A stretch of 61,560 nucleotides of DNA, the filler included. It is 3 parts of 3 records of this genome, joined end to end, with 100 filler letters (N's around TTAATTAATTAA, not from the genome) between each part and the next. Parts side by side here need not be neighbours in the genome. Positions count along the whole stretch, not along the records: positions 18,458 to 34,417 come from SRR31156797_3172; 2 more parts are not named here. The stretch is one strand, 5' to 3'. Below are positions 20,999 through 31,134 of the stretch, in pieces. The notes under the pieces are model-generated. The model did not search any database. It was not told the origin of the DNA and was given only the letters and a program-made list of their open reading frames with translations. The number at the start of each line of letters is the position of its first letter. Position 1 is the first letter of the stretch. A program made the translations under genes and the position numbers.

Positions 20999-22306
20999 AT
21001 GTCTCCCGTACTTGTCATCGTGGGTCGGCCCAATGTGGGGAAATCGACTCTTTTCAACCGGCTGACACGATCCAAAAGGGCACTGGTGGACGATCGCCCG
21101 GGCATTACCCGGGACCGACTGCATGGGGTCATTACCCATGAGGGCCTTCAAATGACCCTGGTGGATACGGGCGGCTTTGAGGATCTTGGCCAGGATCCCC
21201 TTCAGAAGGGGGTGAGGGCACAAGTGGAAACGGCCATTCAGGAAGCGGATCGGGTCATTTTCATGGTGGACGGACGTGAAGGGGTACTCCCGGGCGATGA
21301 GGAAATGGCCCGATTATTACGGCGGACTCAAAAAAAGGTCTTTCTGGCCGCCAACAAAATCGACGGCCCTGAAAAAGAACATCTGGCCAACGATTTTTAT
21401 CACCTCGGTTATGAAACGATTTACGCTCTTTCGGCGGCTCACGGTTACGGCGTCAAAACTTTACTTCATGAGCTGGTTAAGGGCCTTTCCCCGTCCCGGG
21501 ACATTCCGGAGGGCACCGACGAGATTCGGGTGGCTGTTCTGGGGAAACCCAATGTGGGAAAGTCATCCCTCATCAACCGGATTCTCAAGACCGATCGGCT
21601 CGTGGTCAGCGAATTGCCCGGAACGACCCGTGATACGGTGGACTCAGTCTTTTCCCATGGCGGCAGGAAATATCTCCTCATCGACACCGCCGGCATACGC
21701 CGAAAGACGCGGGTAAGGGAAAAAATCGATAAATTTTCCATGATCAAGGCCATCAAAAGCCTCGATCGCTGCCACATAGCGGTGCTTTTACTGGATGGCG
21801 CGGAAGGGGTTTCAGACCAGGATGCGCGCATCTGCGGCTACGCATTTGAAAAGGGGCGGGGTCTTGTCCTGGGGGTCAACAAATGGGATTTGATCAAGGG
21901 GGACGCGGAAAAAAAGGACCATCTGGAGAGGGGCATTCAAAGACAACTGAAATTCATGGCCTTCGCACCCAGAATCAATCTTTCCGCCCTCACCGGTGAG
22001 CGGGTCATGAAACTCTTCGCCGGCATTGATACGGTTTATGATCAGTTCTCGGCGCGGATCAGCACGGCCCTTGTAAACCGGGCCATCCAAGAGGTCATTG
22101 AAAAACATCCTCCCTCCAGAATCGGCCGTGGAAGGCTCAAGTTTTTCTATGCGACCCAGACCCGTACAAAGCCGCCCACATTTACGGTGTTTGTCAACAG
22201 GCCGGACATGCTGCATTTCTCATACGAACGCTTTTTAAACAATCAATTGCGGCTGCATCTGGGGCTCACCCGAACAACCGTCAAGCTCCTATTCAGGAAA
22301 AGATAA
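20999..22306 (+). CDS. der: Ribosome biogenesis GTPase Der/EngA
   Basis: Two G-domains (GRPNVGKS, GKPNVGKS; DTGG/DTAG; NKID/NKWD); start at ATG 20999. Confidence 0.96.
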   Translation: MSPVLVIVGRPNVGKSTLFNRLTRSKRALVDDRPGITRDRLHGVITHEGLQMTLVDTGGFEDLGQDPLQKGVRAQVETAIQEADRVIFMVDGREGVLPGDEEMARLLRRTQKKVFLAANKIDGPEKEHLANDFYHLGYETIYALSAAHGYGVKTLLHELVKGLSPSRDIPEGTDEIRVAVLGKPNVGKSSLINRILKTDRLVVSELPGTTRDTVDSVFSHGGRKYLLIDTAGIRRKTRVREKIDKFSMIKAIKSLDRCHIAVLLLDGAEGVSDQDARICGYAFEKGRGLVLGVNKWDLIKGDAEKKDHLERGIQRQLKFMAFAPRINLSALTGERVMKLFAGIDTVYDQFSARISTALVNRAIQEVIEKHPPSRIGRGRLKFFYATQTRTKPPTFTVFVNRPDMLHFSYERFLNNQLRLHLGLTRTTVKLLFRKR

Positions 22307-22313
22307 CATACGG

Positions 22314-22961
22314 CTACTGCCGCAGAAGCGGTAGTATGGCAAAGAGATTATCCCCCGCAAAAAGGTGTGCAAGGCTGAACATGGGGCCCACCAGAATCCG
22401 ACTGACAATCCCGGTGTGGGCAAAATTATCAAGCATAATGATGCCGATGAGGACCAGGGGTCCGTAACGCCCCCATTTCCGAAATTTTCTTGCAGCATCC
22501 ACGGGGAGGACGTTTTCGAGAACATGTGACCCGTCCAGGGGAGGGAGGGGCAGGAGATTAAAAAGACAGAGGCCGAGATTCATGAGTATGAGCCACAACA
22601 ACGCCTGGAGATAAACCTCCACGGGTAACAAAAGAAAACGGATAAGCAACCCGGCAACAAGCGCCACGCACATATTGGCCATGGGTCCCGCAAGGGCCAT
22701 GAGAATCACATCTTTTCGGGTATTTCTGAAATACCGGATATCCACGGGAACCGGCTTGGCCCACCCGAAACTGAACAAAAAGAGGCAAATTGCGCCCAAC
22801 GGGTCGATATGAATAAGCGGATTGAACGACAGTCTGCCCATCTGCTTTGCAGTGGGATCCCCCAGCTGAAAAGCGACACGGCCATGGGCATACTCGTGAA
22901 TGGTAATGGCAAAGAGCAATACGGGAATCTTGACAACCCACTGTGAAATATCAAAGGACAT
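22314..22961 (-). CDS. Site-2 protease (M50 family)
   Basis: HEYAH, GWAKPVP and NLLPLPPLDG motifs. Confidence 0.93.
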   Translation of the reverse strand: MSFDISQWVVKIPVLLFAITIHEYAHGRVAFQLGDPTAKQMGRLSFNPLIHIDPLGAICLFLFSFGWAKPVPVDIRYFRNTRKDVILMALAGPMANMCVALVAGLLIRFLLLPVEVYLQALLWLILMNLGLCLFNLLPLPPLDGSHVLENVLPVDAARKFRKWGRYGPLVLIGIIMLDNFAHTGIVSRILVGPMFSLAHLFAGDNLFAILPLLRQ

Positions 22962-23298
22962 GTTTGGCCTCTTGGCAACCTAAACTCAATGATGTTGCAT
23001 CGACAGGATTTTGTTTCAGGCACTACATAGCAGTAAATCACCTTTGCGGCAAGCGTGAAAAAAGGCAAATTATCACAAAGGCTCGGATTTCAAAAAGGGT
23101 GTTTTATGAAAAAAGACCGATGTTTCCTTATTCCAAAAGGAGGCCTGCCAGTTGCTTTTTTTTAAGAGAATTGATAAATTAAAGGGAGTCAGAAAAAACA
23201 GGCCAAAAGCCGCCTCCCATCGAAACATCACAAAGAGTGTGTCCGAAGCTGGAAACAAGCCCCCTATCCGAGGAAAAGGGAACAAAGGAAATTCACAC

Positions 23299-24051
23299 AT
23301 GCGACGGGAAAGAATTAAAATTGATCTTCTGATTCATGATTTAAAGGTGCCGCTTGCGGTAATTGAGGCGGGACTCACTTCCATGATGAAACGTCAGGAA
23401 AAATACGGTCCCATTACGGAAAAACAGGAACGTGTATTCAAGCGGGCCCTTCGAAACACCAGAGTCCTCAAAACCTTGGTGGGTGACGCCCTTGAGTTGG
23501 GAAGGTCCGGGGAAGGGATTGTGTTATTTTCCAATTTTCCATTGGCCGATTTAGTTGAACAAACCCTGGTGGAAATCTTGGATCTCACCGACACCGCCAT
23601 GTCTGAAAAACTCAAAAAATGTGAAAACCTGGACCATTTCAAAACAACATTGGAAGAAAAGGGCGTCATTCTCTCCATTGATGAACCATTGTGGGAACGG
23701 AACATCTGCCAGGATGAGACAAAAATCAAACAGATCTTGAGAAATCTTCTAAATAATGCATTGAAATATCGAAAAAACCGTGTTGAACTGGGGATTGACT
23801 GCCAAGAAGGTTTGGTCATTTTTTCGGTGAAAGACGATGGCGCAGGAATTCCCGCTGCCTATCACAAAAAGATTTTTGACTGCTATTTTCAGCTGGATGC
23901 GAACAGCACTTGCAGCGTCAGGGGTCACGGCCTGGGTCTCGCCGGAGTGATGGTTCTGGTGGAAGATCTGGGGGGTGAGATGCTACTGGACAGCGATGAG
24001 GGGCAGGGTGCGAATTTTCTCGTGAAGATACCCCTCAAGACCGATAAATAA
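23299..24051 (+). CDS. Histidine kinase lacking a sensor domain
   Basis: H-box IHDLKVPL about 10 aa after the start; NLLNNALKY, DDGAGI and GHGLGL. Confidence 0.88.
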   Translation: MRRERIKIDLLIHDLKVPLAVIEAGLTSMMKRQEKYGPITEKQERVFKRALRNTRVLKTLVGDALELGRSGEGIVLFSNFPLADLVEQTLVEILDLTDTAMSEKLKKCENLDHFKTTLEEKGVILSIDEPLWERNICQDETKIKQILRNLLNNALKYRKNRVELGIDCQEGLVIFSVKDDGAGIPAAYHKKIFDCYFQLDANSTCSVRGHGLGLAGVMVLVEDLGGEMLLDSDEGQGANFLVKIPLKTDK

Positions 24052-24071
24052 AAATTCCCTTTTCCGTTCGA

Positions 24072-24590
24072 CTACATAATATCTTTCAGCTCATCCTTGC
24101 TGGGCCGGTATTTTTTATCATACGACTTCCAGAAATCCTTGTGCTTATCTTTCCAGCCTTTTCCGAATTTCCCGTCAAAGAAGGGTTCAAGTTTCCCGAA
24201 CCAGTCCGCCGGCTTATCCGCATCATCTTCGACCATACGCAAAACATCCGCGAGATAGGTTTCAATTTCCGAGATCTTGTCTTTGGGCACATAACTCCGG
24301 GCACCACCGGTTATGGATTTCACCAGGTTTTCCGGATTAACCGCATGGGCCGTGAGCATCAAGGCAGGGATACCCTTTTCGTTCGTCTTCTTAAGGAGCT
24401 CGTAACCATTGACCCCCATGATGTCCAGAATGGCCAGATCGTACTGGTTTCTATTTAAGAACTTCAGCGCTGTTTCAAAATTCGGCGCCGTATCAATAAA
24501 GCACATATCCAATATTTCCACTAAGGTTTCCAATATGTCCGGTTCATCGTCAACAATCAGAACCCTTTTTCCCTTGAGAATCTCTTCCAT
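24072..24590 (-). CDS. Response regulator (receiver domain plus short C-terminal tail)
   Basis: LIVDDE, ILDIMG, LTAH and YVPK receiver motifs. Confidence 0.9.
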   Translation of the reverse strand: MEEILKGKRVLIVDDEPDILETLVEILDMCFIDTAPNFETALKFLNRNQYDLAILDIMGVNGYELLKKTNEKGIPALMLTAHAVNPENLVKSITGGARSYVPKDKISEIETYLADVLRMVEDDADKPADWFGKLEPFFDGKFGKGWKDKHKDFWKSYDKKYRPSKDELKDIM

Positions 24591-24826
24591 GTACAGCCCC
24601 CCTTTCTCATAGCGTATAAATGGGAGTGATACTAACCTTATGGAACGTTTACAGTCAATATCTTTGTTCCATCCTCAAAAAAAACAACCGGCAATTGCTG
24701 CGGCCCTTAAACCCTGGTTGACATCATCAGCCGCATTGCTTAACATTTCCATATTAAAATCATGTGAGCTTCTGGAAACAAAAGCGACTTTTCAAATAAT
24801 TTTTAGCTATTAAAGGGAGAAACAAT

Positions 24827-25024
24827 ATGGAGTTCGTTGAAAAGGCAAAAATCAGGCTGGAACACTGGATCACCCATAACGACCACCACCACGAAGAATA
24901 CAACCTTTTTGCAGAACAACTTGAGGATGCGGGGAAAAGCGAAAGTGCAAAAGCGATCAGAGAAATGATTGAATTAAGTGTAAAGTCCACCGACTGCCTG
25001 CGCGATGCGCTGAAGAACATCTGA
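24827..25024 (+). CDS. Small His-rich helical protein, putative metal-binding
   Basis: EHWITHNDHHHEEY; adjacent to cooT. Confidence 0.65.
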   Translation: MEFVEKAKIRLEHWITHNDHHHEEYNLFAEQLEDAGKSESAKAIREMIELSVKSTDCLRDALKNI

Positions 25025-25082
25025 TTTTTCCCAAAGAGTATGAAATTTGATGGAAAATTTTCATGGAGCGGGGAGAGATATT

Positions 25083-25271
25083 ATGTGTGAAGCCCATGCA
25101 TATATGTTACGGGATACAATGGAAGAAAAGATTTTGGAAAGTGTCGACCTTATGGAATGGGATGGTGACGACATACATCTGGTCAATATTTTTGGGGAAC
25201 AGAAGACCGTCCGGGGAAAACTGACCCGCTATAACAACCGGGAAGGAAAAATAATTATTGAACCCATCTGA
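25083..25271 (+). CDS. cooT: CooT-family nickel-binding protein
   Basis: N-terminal MCE and NIFGEQK; GGAG RBS before ATG 25083. Confidence 0.8.
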   Translation: MCEAHAYMLRDTMEEKILESVDLMEWDGDDIHLVNIFGEQKTVRGKLTRYNNREGKIIIEPI

Positions 25272-25309
25272 ACCCGACGTTTTGCTCGTGCAAAATCCCA
25301 GCGAGATGA

Positions 25310-26068
25310 TTGATTATGACCGAATCTTTTGAAAAAGCGGCTGAGATTATTCTGGCATCTGAATTAACCCTGGCCCTGACGGGTGCGGGTGTTTCCGTGG
25401 AGTCCGGTATCCCGGACTTCAGGAGCGCCGAAGGACTGTGGTCAAAGTTCAACCCGGCCGAATATGCAACCATTCAGGCTTTCAGGGCCAACCCTCAAAA
25501 AGTATGGGAAATGCTGAGGGAAATGGATAAGGTTGTCAGACGGGCAAAACCCAATATGGCCCACAAGGGCATGGGTGAACTTGAGGACATGGGTTGTCTT
25601 CATTGTATTATCACCCAGAACATTGATAACCTTCATCAAGCCGGGGGCTCAAGAGATGTTATTGAGTACCATGGAAATGCCAGCACCCTCTCTTGTTTAT
25701 GGTGCGGCAGGAAATACCTGGCAACGGATAAGCGAGACGAAAATATTCCCCGGTGTGAATGTGAAAAGATCCTAAAACCGGATGTCATATTCTTCGGGGA
25801 GGCGATTCCCGAAGAAGCCATGAACCGATCCTTTCAACTGGCTTCCTCTGCCGCCGCACTTCTGGTGGTGGGAACTTCCGCCGTGGTTTCCCCGGTCAAC
25901 ACCATTCCCTCCATCGCCAAACGAAATGGAGCTATAATTATTGAAATTAATAAGGAAAAAACCAACTTAACGAACTCCGTAACGGATATATTCTTTCAAG
26001 GAAACGCCGGCGATATTGTTCCTCAACTGGTGTCGGCTGCCAAACAAAAAATGAGAATGGATGCCTGA
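25310..26068 (+). CDS. cobB: NAD-dependent protein deacylase (sirtuin)
   Basis: TGAGVSVESGIPDFR, TQNIDNLH, HG, CxxC..CxC and VGTS motifs. Confidence 0.94.
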   Translation: MIMTESFEKAAEIILASELTLALTGAGVSVESGIPDFRSAEGLWSKFNPAEYATIQAFRANPQKVWEMLREMDKVVRRAKPNMAHKGMGELEDMGCLHCIITQNIDNLHQAGGSRDVIEYHGNASTLSCLWCGRKYLATDKRDENIPRCECEKILKPDVIFFGEAIPEEAMNRSFQLASSAAALLVVGTSAVVSPVNTIPSIAKRNGAIIIEINKEKTNLTNSVTDIFFQGNAGDIVPQLVSAAKQKMRMDA

Positions 26069-26282
26069 CATTCTTCTCATTCATTATTCATTGACAAAAT
26101 CCAAAAAATCGCTAAAGTGGTGAAACTTCTGTTTCCATGTTCTGAAAAAGAAGCGGTACATGGGATCACTGATAAACACTACAGACTCAAAAACCGGCCT
26201 CTCATGCCGTATGGCGGAGGCCTTTGAAGAGCTGCTTCGAGCGGTGTTGGTTTGCACCGGTTTATAAACTGAGGAATGATCC

Positions 26283-27617
26283 TTGTTGGCCGTTAAAATA
26301 GAACAAAAAGCCTTGGAAAATGCTTGCAAAGAAATTATTGAAAGCATTTTGATCTGTCTACCCAATGCCTTTAAAGGGACCGTATACCGAATCGGCACCC
26401 TCCCCGAGATGGTGACGACCCGAATCACTTCCGGAATTATCGACGAAAAGGGAAAAGAGATCTCTTGGGGCCTCCCCGAAAAATCAGATTACAATCCACC
26501 CGGAAAAGCCTGGCTCGATTACCGGGATGAACCGGGTCGGCCCATGGAAGCCATGGCATGGTGCGTGGAAAGGCAATCCAGCTGGACAGCGGAAGACCCG
26601 CAAAATGACGCCCGAAGCGTAAGGCTTCAAGTGGAAGGCGTTTGGAAAGACTTCCATCACATGGAACCGGTGCTGATCCGAAAAAAAGATCTCTACCTCG
26701 GAAAGATGCGACCGTTGGTGTTCCCCAAAAATTATGCCGGCGAAACCATTTGGGAGAAAAGTGATTACGTTGTTGCCGCGGTTATCAAAATTCATTTCCA
26801 ACCCTATTCCATCAAAATCGGAGGCACCGAGACGAAGGTCATCAAGAGGCTATCCCGGGCCCTTGGAACGGAACTTCTTTCATATCAGTTAAAGGAACAA
26901 TCTCTTGAAGCGGCCCGTGCTCTGGCGGACGACAGGCTTCATTCCTGTAATATACTGGCCGATTCCCTGAGAAATGTCATTACCAAGTCGGGACTAATTT
27001 TTTCGCTGATCAAATTGGAATTGGGTTTTTTGAGGGATCAGTGGGAGAAGTTACTTCTGGATGGATCGGACCAGGCGGACATTCGCCGAAATGCCATTTT
27101 AACCCTCAATGAACTTATTGAAAACAGTGATGCCATTTCAAGCAACAACAATACAACGGACCTGATACATATGCAAAACCGGTTTCTAAAGCTCCATCCT
27201 TCCCCCGAACAGGGTAGGAACTGGTTGAAGATGAAGATAGAAGATAAGTGGAATGCGCTTATTCATGAGGAAAAGATTGACGAAAAACAGGCAAAAACGG
27301 CACGTAAAGAGATTGAAGCGCTGAAAAAATCCCTTTATCTGGGAGAAGACCCCGGATTACTGGCGGCATGTGACCACCTACCCGGATCTTTAAAGACGGA
27401 ATGGGTCGCTCTTCTCTATAGAGACACCGACGTTTTTAGTTTACATCGCCTGAATCGCCTGATAGATTTGTTGGAAAATGATCATCTCAATCTTCCCCAC
27501 AAAGAAAAATCGAGGGAAAGTCTCATTCGCCTAAAGGCTGTCGCTGATATCTTCGGGCAGTTGGAAGAAAAAACAAACGTGGTCCTCAGGGAAGTATTGA
27601 ATGGACACGGAAAATGA
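26283..27617 (+). CDS. Hypothetical protein, 444 aa
   Basis: Long ORF with TTG start after GAGGA; no family recognised. Confidence 0.75.
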   Translation: MLAVKIEQKALENACKEIIESILICLPNAFKGTVYRIGTLPEMVTTRITSGIIDEKGKEISWGLPEKSDYNPPGKAWLDYRDEPGRPMEAMAWCVERQSSWTAEDPQNDARSVRLQVEGVWKDFHHMEPVLIRKKDLYLGKMRPLVFPKNYAGETIWEKSDYVVAAVIKIHFQPYSIKIGGTETKVIKRLSRALGTELLSYQLKEQSLEAARALADDRLHSCNILADSLRNVITKSGLIFSLIKLELGFLRDQWEKLLLDGSDQADIRRNAILTLNELIENSDAISSNNNTTDLIHMQNRFLKLHPSPEQGRNWLKMKIEDKWNALIHEEKIDEKQAKTARKEIEALKKSLYLGEDPGLLAACDHLPGSLKTEWVALLYRDTDVFSLHRLNRLIDLLENDHLNLPHKEKSRESLIRLKAVADIFGQLEEKTNVVLREVLNGHGK

Positions 27618-27666
27618 GGTAAGGCTTCCACAGAGATCCGGATACTGATGGATCTTGACTTTTTTT

Positions 27667-27743
27667 GCGCCTGTAGCTCAGTTGGATAGAGCAGCGGACT
27701 TCTAATCCGCAGGTCGGGGGTCCGAGTCCTCCCAGGCGCGCCA
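27667..27743 (+). tRNA. tRNA-Arg (anticodon UCU)
   Basis: Acceptor stem GCGCCTG/CAGGCGC plus G-CCA; D-arm GCTC/GAGC; anticodon arm GCGGA-CTTCTAA-TCCGC; T-arm GGGGG-TCCGAGT-CCTCC. Confidence 0.95.
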
Positions 27744-27798
27744 CAAATAAGCAGTGAAATAAAGGGCTTACCCAATTTTGGTTAGGTCCTTAATTTTT

Positions 27799-27822
27799 TT
27801 CGGACAAATCTTCGGACCAATC
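27799..27822 (+). repeat. Tandem 12-bp repeat, probable integrase arm-binding sites
   Basis: TTCGGACAAATC TTCGGACCAATC between the tRNA and the integrase stop. Confidence 0.6.
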
Positions 27823-27838
27823 GCCCTCCCCTCCTTTC

Positions 27839-28819
27839 TTATGACAATAGATCCATTGTCCCTTTTGATGTAGATGTCAGACTACGAATATAAATTATCG
27901 TAGTCTGTAAATTGGCGTGTCCAAGAATCTGTTGAATCTCGGTCAACGCTACTCCTGCCTCTGCCAGCTTTGAAGCGCCGTAATGCCTGAAGGAATGAAA
28001 CCCAAAACTTTTGATTCCTACATTTTTGCAAATTTTCTGAAGAAGCCCGAATCGATGCCAATAAATTACATTGATACCATCCGGATACGGAAACACAAGG
28101 TCATCATCTCTGGGCAAACTTTCCAAAACCTCTAAAAGGTCGCCATTGATATTTATGTTCCTGCTTGTGAGGTCGCTGTTCTTTGCCTTCCTGGTCGAAA
28201 GGGTCAAGAACTGGTTTTCAAGGTTCACATCCTCCCAGGTCAAATTATCAAGCTCGCTTGCCCTGCCGAGAGTATTCTTGACAGCTATGATATAGGGTTT
28301 AAGGTCTCCGGCATTTTTGACCACAGCGTCTATATCCTTCTTGGGCGGAACGTACCTCTTTTTCGGAGTTACTGAATAAGGCTTGATACCCAAACAGGGA
28401 TTATAATCAATCAACTCCTCTTCAATGCCGTGATTGAAAAGAGCCTTGATCAATTTTAACCTTTTGTTAGCCATTTTTTTGCCTCTGGCTTTGTTCTTTT
28501 CCTGCGTTGCCACATTATACAAAAAGTCCTTGACATGCTGGCGAGTGATTTGTCTTTCTTCTCTCCAGCCAGCCTCAATTAAAGTTACAATGAGCGTTTT
28601 GTTTTCTCGGAAGTGTTTGACAGAGCGGTTTAATTCAATGTCTTCCAAACGTGATTCACATAACTTTACGAAGTCCATATTTATCTTTGTTGCCTTTGCC
28701 CTTATTTTGGCTTCGGCTATTATGGCTTCGTCTTCGGTCTCGAACCCCGCTTTTATGTGCAGAACTCCCCCTCTCATTATCCGATAACGGAATTTCCCGT
28801 AATGCTTGTCCACTGCCAT
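27839..28819 (-). CDS. int: Tyrosine integrase
   Basis: RASEL, HSFRH, ILGH and TTIIY catalytic motifs; AAGGAGG RBS before ATG 28819. Confidence 0.93.
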   Translation of the reverse strand: MAVDKHYGKFRYRIMRGGVLHIKAGFETEDEAIIAEAKIRAKATKINMDFVKLCESRLEDIELNRSVKHFRENKTLIVTLIEAGWREERQITRQHVKDFLYNVATQEKNKARGKKMANKRLKLIKALFNHGIEEELIDYNPCLGIKPYSVTPKKRYVPPKKDIDAVVKNAGDLKPYIIAVKNTLGRASELDNLTWEDVNLENQFLTLSTRKAKNSDLTSRNININGDLLEVLESLPRDDDLVFPYPDGINVIYWHRFGLLQKICKNVGIKSFGFHSFRHYGASKLAEAGVALTEIQQILGHANLQTTIIYIRSLTSTSKGTMDLLS

Positions 28820-28964
28820 CTTGTAACCTCCTTTCCAGCTCGTCTTTGTCGAATCTGACAAGCCCTTTTATTTTAAACCCCCCGAGAACGTCACGACTTT
28901 TATATACAAATGACACCTCGCATTTGAGAAAGTCCGCAACCTCTTGGGGAGTTAAAATTTCCAT
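28656..28964 (-). CDS. Excisionase-like HTH protein overlapping the integrase 5' end
   Basis: LTPQEVADFL..VY..G..IKG..RF (HTH_17-like pattern). Confidence 0.8.
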   Translation of the reverse strand: MEILTPQEVADFLKCEVSFVYKSRDVLGGFKIKGLVRFDKDELERRLQDGSGQALREIPLSDNERGSSAHKSGVRDRRRSHNSRSQNKGKGNKDKYGLRKVM

Positions 28965-29155
28965 CAGTCTCCCATCATCCCAATTTCCAGGAAATTAGTA
29001 AGCTCGGTTATCGGGTCTTCCAGTTTTTTGTCCTTGATATTCACCAAGGTAGAACACAGAATATCTGCCTCTACATTGGAATCAGGGATATCATTATTTC
29101 CCTTCTTCTCCGGCAACTTTTGAACTAAGACACCCTCTGTAACTAGAAATTTCAT
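28964..29155 (-). CDS. Hypothetical protein
   Basis: GGAGG RBS; stop/start coupled to xis. Confidence 0.6.
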   Translation of the reverse strand: MKFLVTEGVLVQKLPEKKGNNDIPDSNVEADILCSTLVNIKDKKLEDPITELTNFLEIGMMGD

Positions 29156-29164
29156 GACTACCTC

Positions 29165-29395
29165 CTATATTGAAAACTGGTTTTTATCAGGTTGACGCTT
29201 CTTCGGCTTTTTTCTGAACGCCCTGCGAAACAGACCAAACGTCATACTAAATGCTCCACCAGCAGACATTGGGCGGGGCTTCCTCGATTTCACCTTCACA
29301 CTCTTTTGGGAATTTCTGGCAAATTTAACCCTCGCTCTTGTTCTGTTGGCTCGTCTCTGTCTTGCTCCTGGTCTTGCTGTATTGAATTTACCCAT
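29165..29395 (-). CDS. Small, highly Arg/Lys-rich protein
   Basis: AAGGAGG RBS; strongly basic 76-aa ORF. Confidence 0.65.
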   Translation of the reverse strand: MGKFNTARPGARQRRANRTRARVKFARNSQKSVKVKSRKPRPMSAGGAFSMTFGLFRRAFRKKPKKRQPDKNQFSI

Positions 29396-29612
29396 GTTGC
29401 CTCCTTCGGGGAGAATGCCTCCCTTCCCATGATAGGGAAGGGAGACGATTCCTTAGCCTTTTAAGGGCGGACTGAACCCCTGCTACCGGGTGCATTCCAA
29501 CCTGTCGTCACCACATAGCAGTTCCAGTACTTACATAAAGATTCTCGCTCTAATGAGAAGGATTTCAGTTTTACAACTTCAATGACGACCATACTCAGAG
29601 TTAACAGATGAG

Positions 29613-30713
29613 CTACTCTGATCGGTAAGGCTCAAGAGGGAACCAAATATTTGCTTTCGTCTTGGGCTTCACCTGTGGCTTCACCTGGGGCTTGATGTTT
29701 GGAAGATATGGGGGTGAACTTGCCTTCACGGTGGCTACCTGCTCGTCGTTCATCATGGCGAGATGGTAGTTAGGTAACTGCTGTAGGGATTTAGAATCGT
29801 AACAAAGCTCTTTGCCAATAAGGTCGGCTTCCCGGTGTCCGACACGGAAACAAAGGATATTGCCGATGTTGAGAACCGCTCTCATAAGGTCTTTTGGGAA
29901 CATTGCGAACGATTGGGTCGCAAGACAAATTCCAATTTTGTACTTACGTGCCTCGAAAATGATGTCGAACAGGTTTTGATTGATAAAATTTTGAGCCTCA
30001 TCAATATACAGTGCCAAAGGATAACCAGAACCGCCCGTGTATCGAAACCACTCAACCAATCCGTGTGTGACGATAGATCCCATGAACGCCATCTTGTCTT
30101 TACCCATTCCTGAGCAGTCCACAATAAGGCTTTGACCTTTACGGGTGAACTCACTCCAGTTAATTGAGGTGGGTCCGCAAATAATAGGACGTAACCGCTT
30201 ATCATCCAGAATGAAATTGAGCCTCTGAATAATACCGTCTCTGGTCTGATTGTCTCCTTTAAGATTAGCGATATAATCCCTTACGTTAATTAAAGACTTC
30301 CGATTATTCGCCAGACAATATTTGACAGCGTCATCAAGAATAGCTCTCATTTTTACTGTTAAACTCTCGTTTGGCGTAGTCAGCTTTATTAACTGATTGA
30401 TGACAAACGCTACCGTATCTGAAATCTGTTCTGGTGCATAACCGCTTGCCATTAGGTTCATACTGATGGGGTGTATCAAAGAACAGTAATGAGCTTTACC
30501 CCTTGAGGCTTGGTAGGCTTTCAGGGAAAGTTCCCCTGTCGGCTCTACCATCACCTGCGAATAGGGCAAAAGCGAATCCATGAACCACTGATTCAACATG
30601 AACACGCTTTTACCCGTTTCACTCTTGCCGAGGACAAGAGTTCCGGTATATCGGTTTTTGACGGTTATGACACCGTCATCACCGATACCTATGCTAAAGG
30701 GGAATAGGTCCAT
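29613..30713 (-). CDS. VirD4/TraD/HerA-like P-loop ATPase without TM anchor
   Basis: Walker A GKSETGKS, Walker B LYIDEAQNF, EARKY and LATQS; likely start ATG 30713. Confidence 0.85.
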   Translation of the reverse strand: MDLFPFSIGIGDDGVITVKNRYTGTLVLGKSETGKSVFMLNQWFMDSLLPYSQVMVEPTGELSLKAYQASRGKAHYCSLIHPISMNLMASGYAPEQISDTVAFVINQLIKLTTPNESLTVKMRAILDDAVKYCLANNRKSLINVRDYIANLKGDNQTRDGIIQRLNFILDDKRLRPIICGPTSINWSEFTRKGQSLIVDCSGMGKDKMAFMGSIVTHGLVEWFRYTGGSGYPLALYIDEAQNFINQNLFDIIFEARKYKIGICLATQSFAMFPKDLMRAVLNIGNILCFRVGHREADLIGKELCYDSKSLQQLPNYHLAMMNDEQVATVKASSPPYLPNIKPQVKPQVKPKTKANIWFPLEPYRSE

Positions 30714-31134
30714 TATCACCACCATTCCCGCCGTTGCCGCCGTTGCCGAGCTGACCGTTGACGTTGATGTCGGAAAGCATTTGGTCAACTCCGCATTTGA
30801 GCTTCTGATTTTCCAAAGCCATGCCCTGATTCTTCAAGAGCTGATTCTGAACATTCGCCTGAACCTGCTGAACATGACCGTCGATCGCTTCAACCCAACC
30901 GAGGGCAATTCTCTCTCTTTTTTTGCCCTCAACTTCAAAAGTGTTGGCGATATGAAGCCCCTCAGTAAATTCTTTAAACTCCTTTCTATTATTTTCGGCA
31001 ATTTTTGCTCGGTAAGCCGAAGCTACCACTTCATTCCGAAGCTTCCACCTATCAAAGAAGCCATTACCACGAGGTGGACCTCCATAACCTCCACCTATTC
31101 CTCCACCCATTGGATTCATCGGCGTGTTGTTCAT
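30694..31134 (-). CDS. Hypothetical protein with Gly-rich termini and a central coiled coil
   Basis: GGAGG RBS; overlaps its neighbours in operon fashion. Confidence 0.7.
   Translation of the reverse strand: MNNTPMNPMGGGIGGGYGGPPRGNGFFDRWKLRNEVVASAYRAKIAENNRKEFKEFTEGLHIANTFEVEGKKRERIALGWVEAIDGHVQQVQANVQNQLLKNQGMALENQKLKCGVDQMLSDINVNGQLGNGGNGGNGGDNGPIPL

Noticed and set aside
27482-27775. 97-aa minus-strand ORF
   Set aside because: It is the antisense reading of tRNA-Arg ([14 protein letters not shown] pattern)
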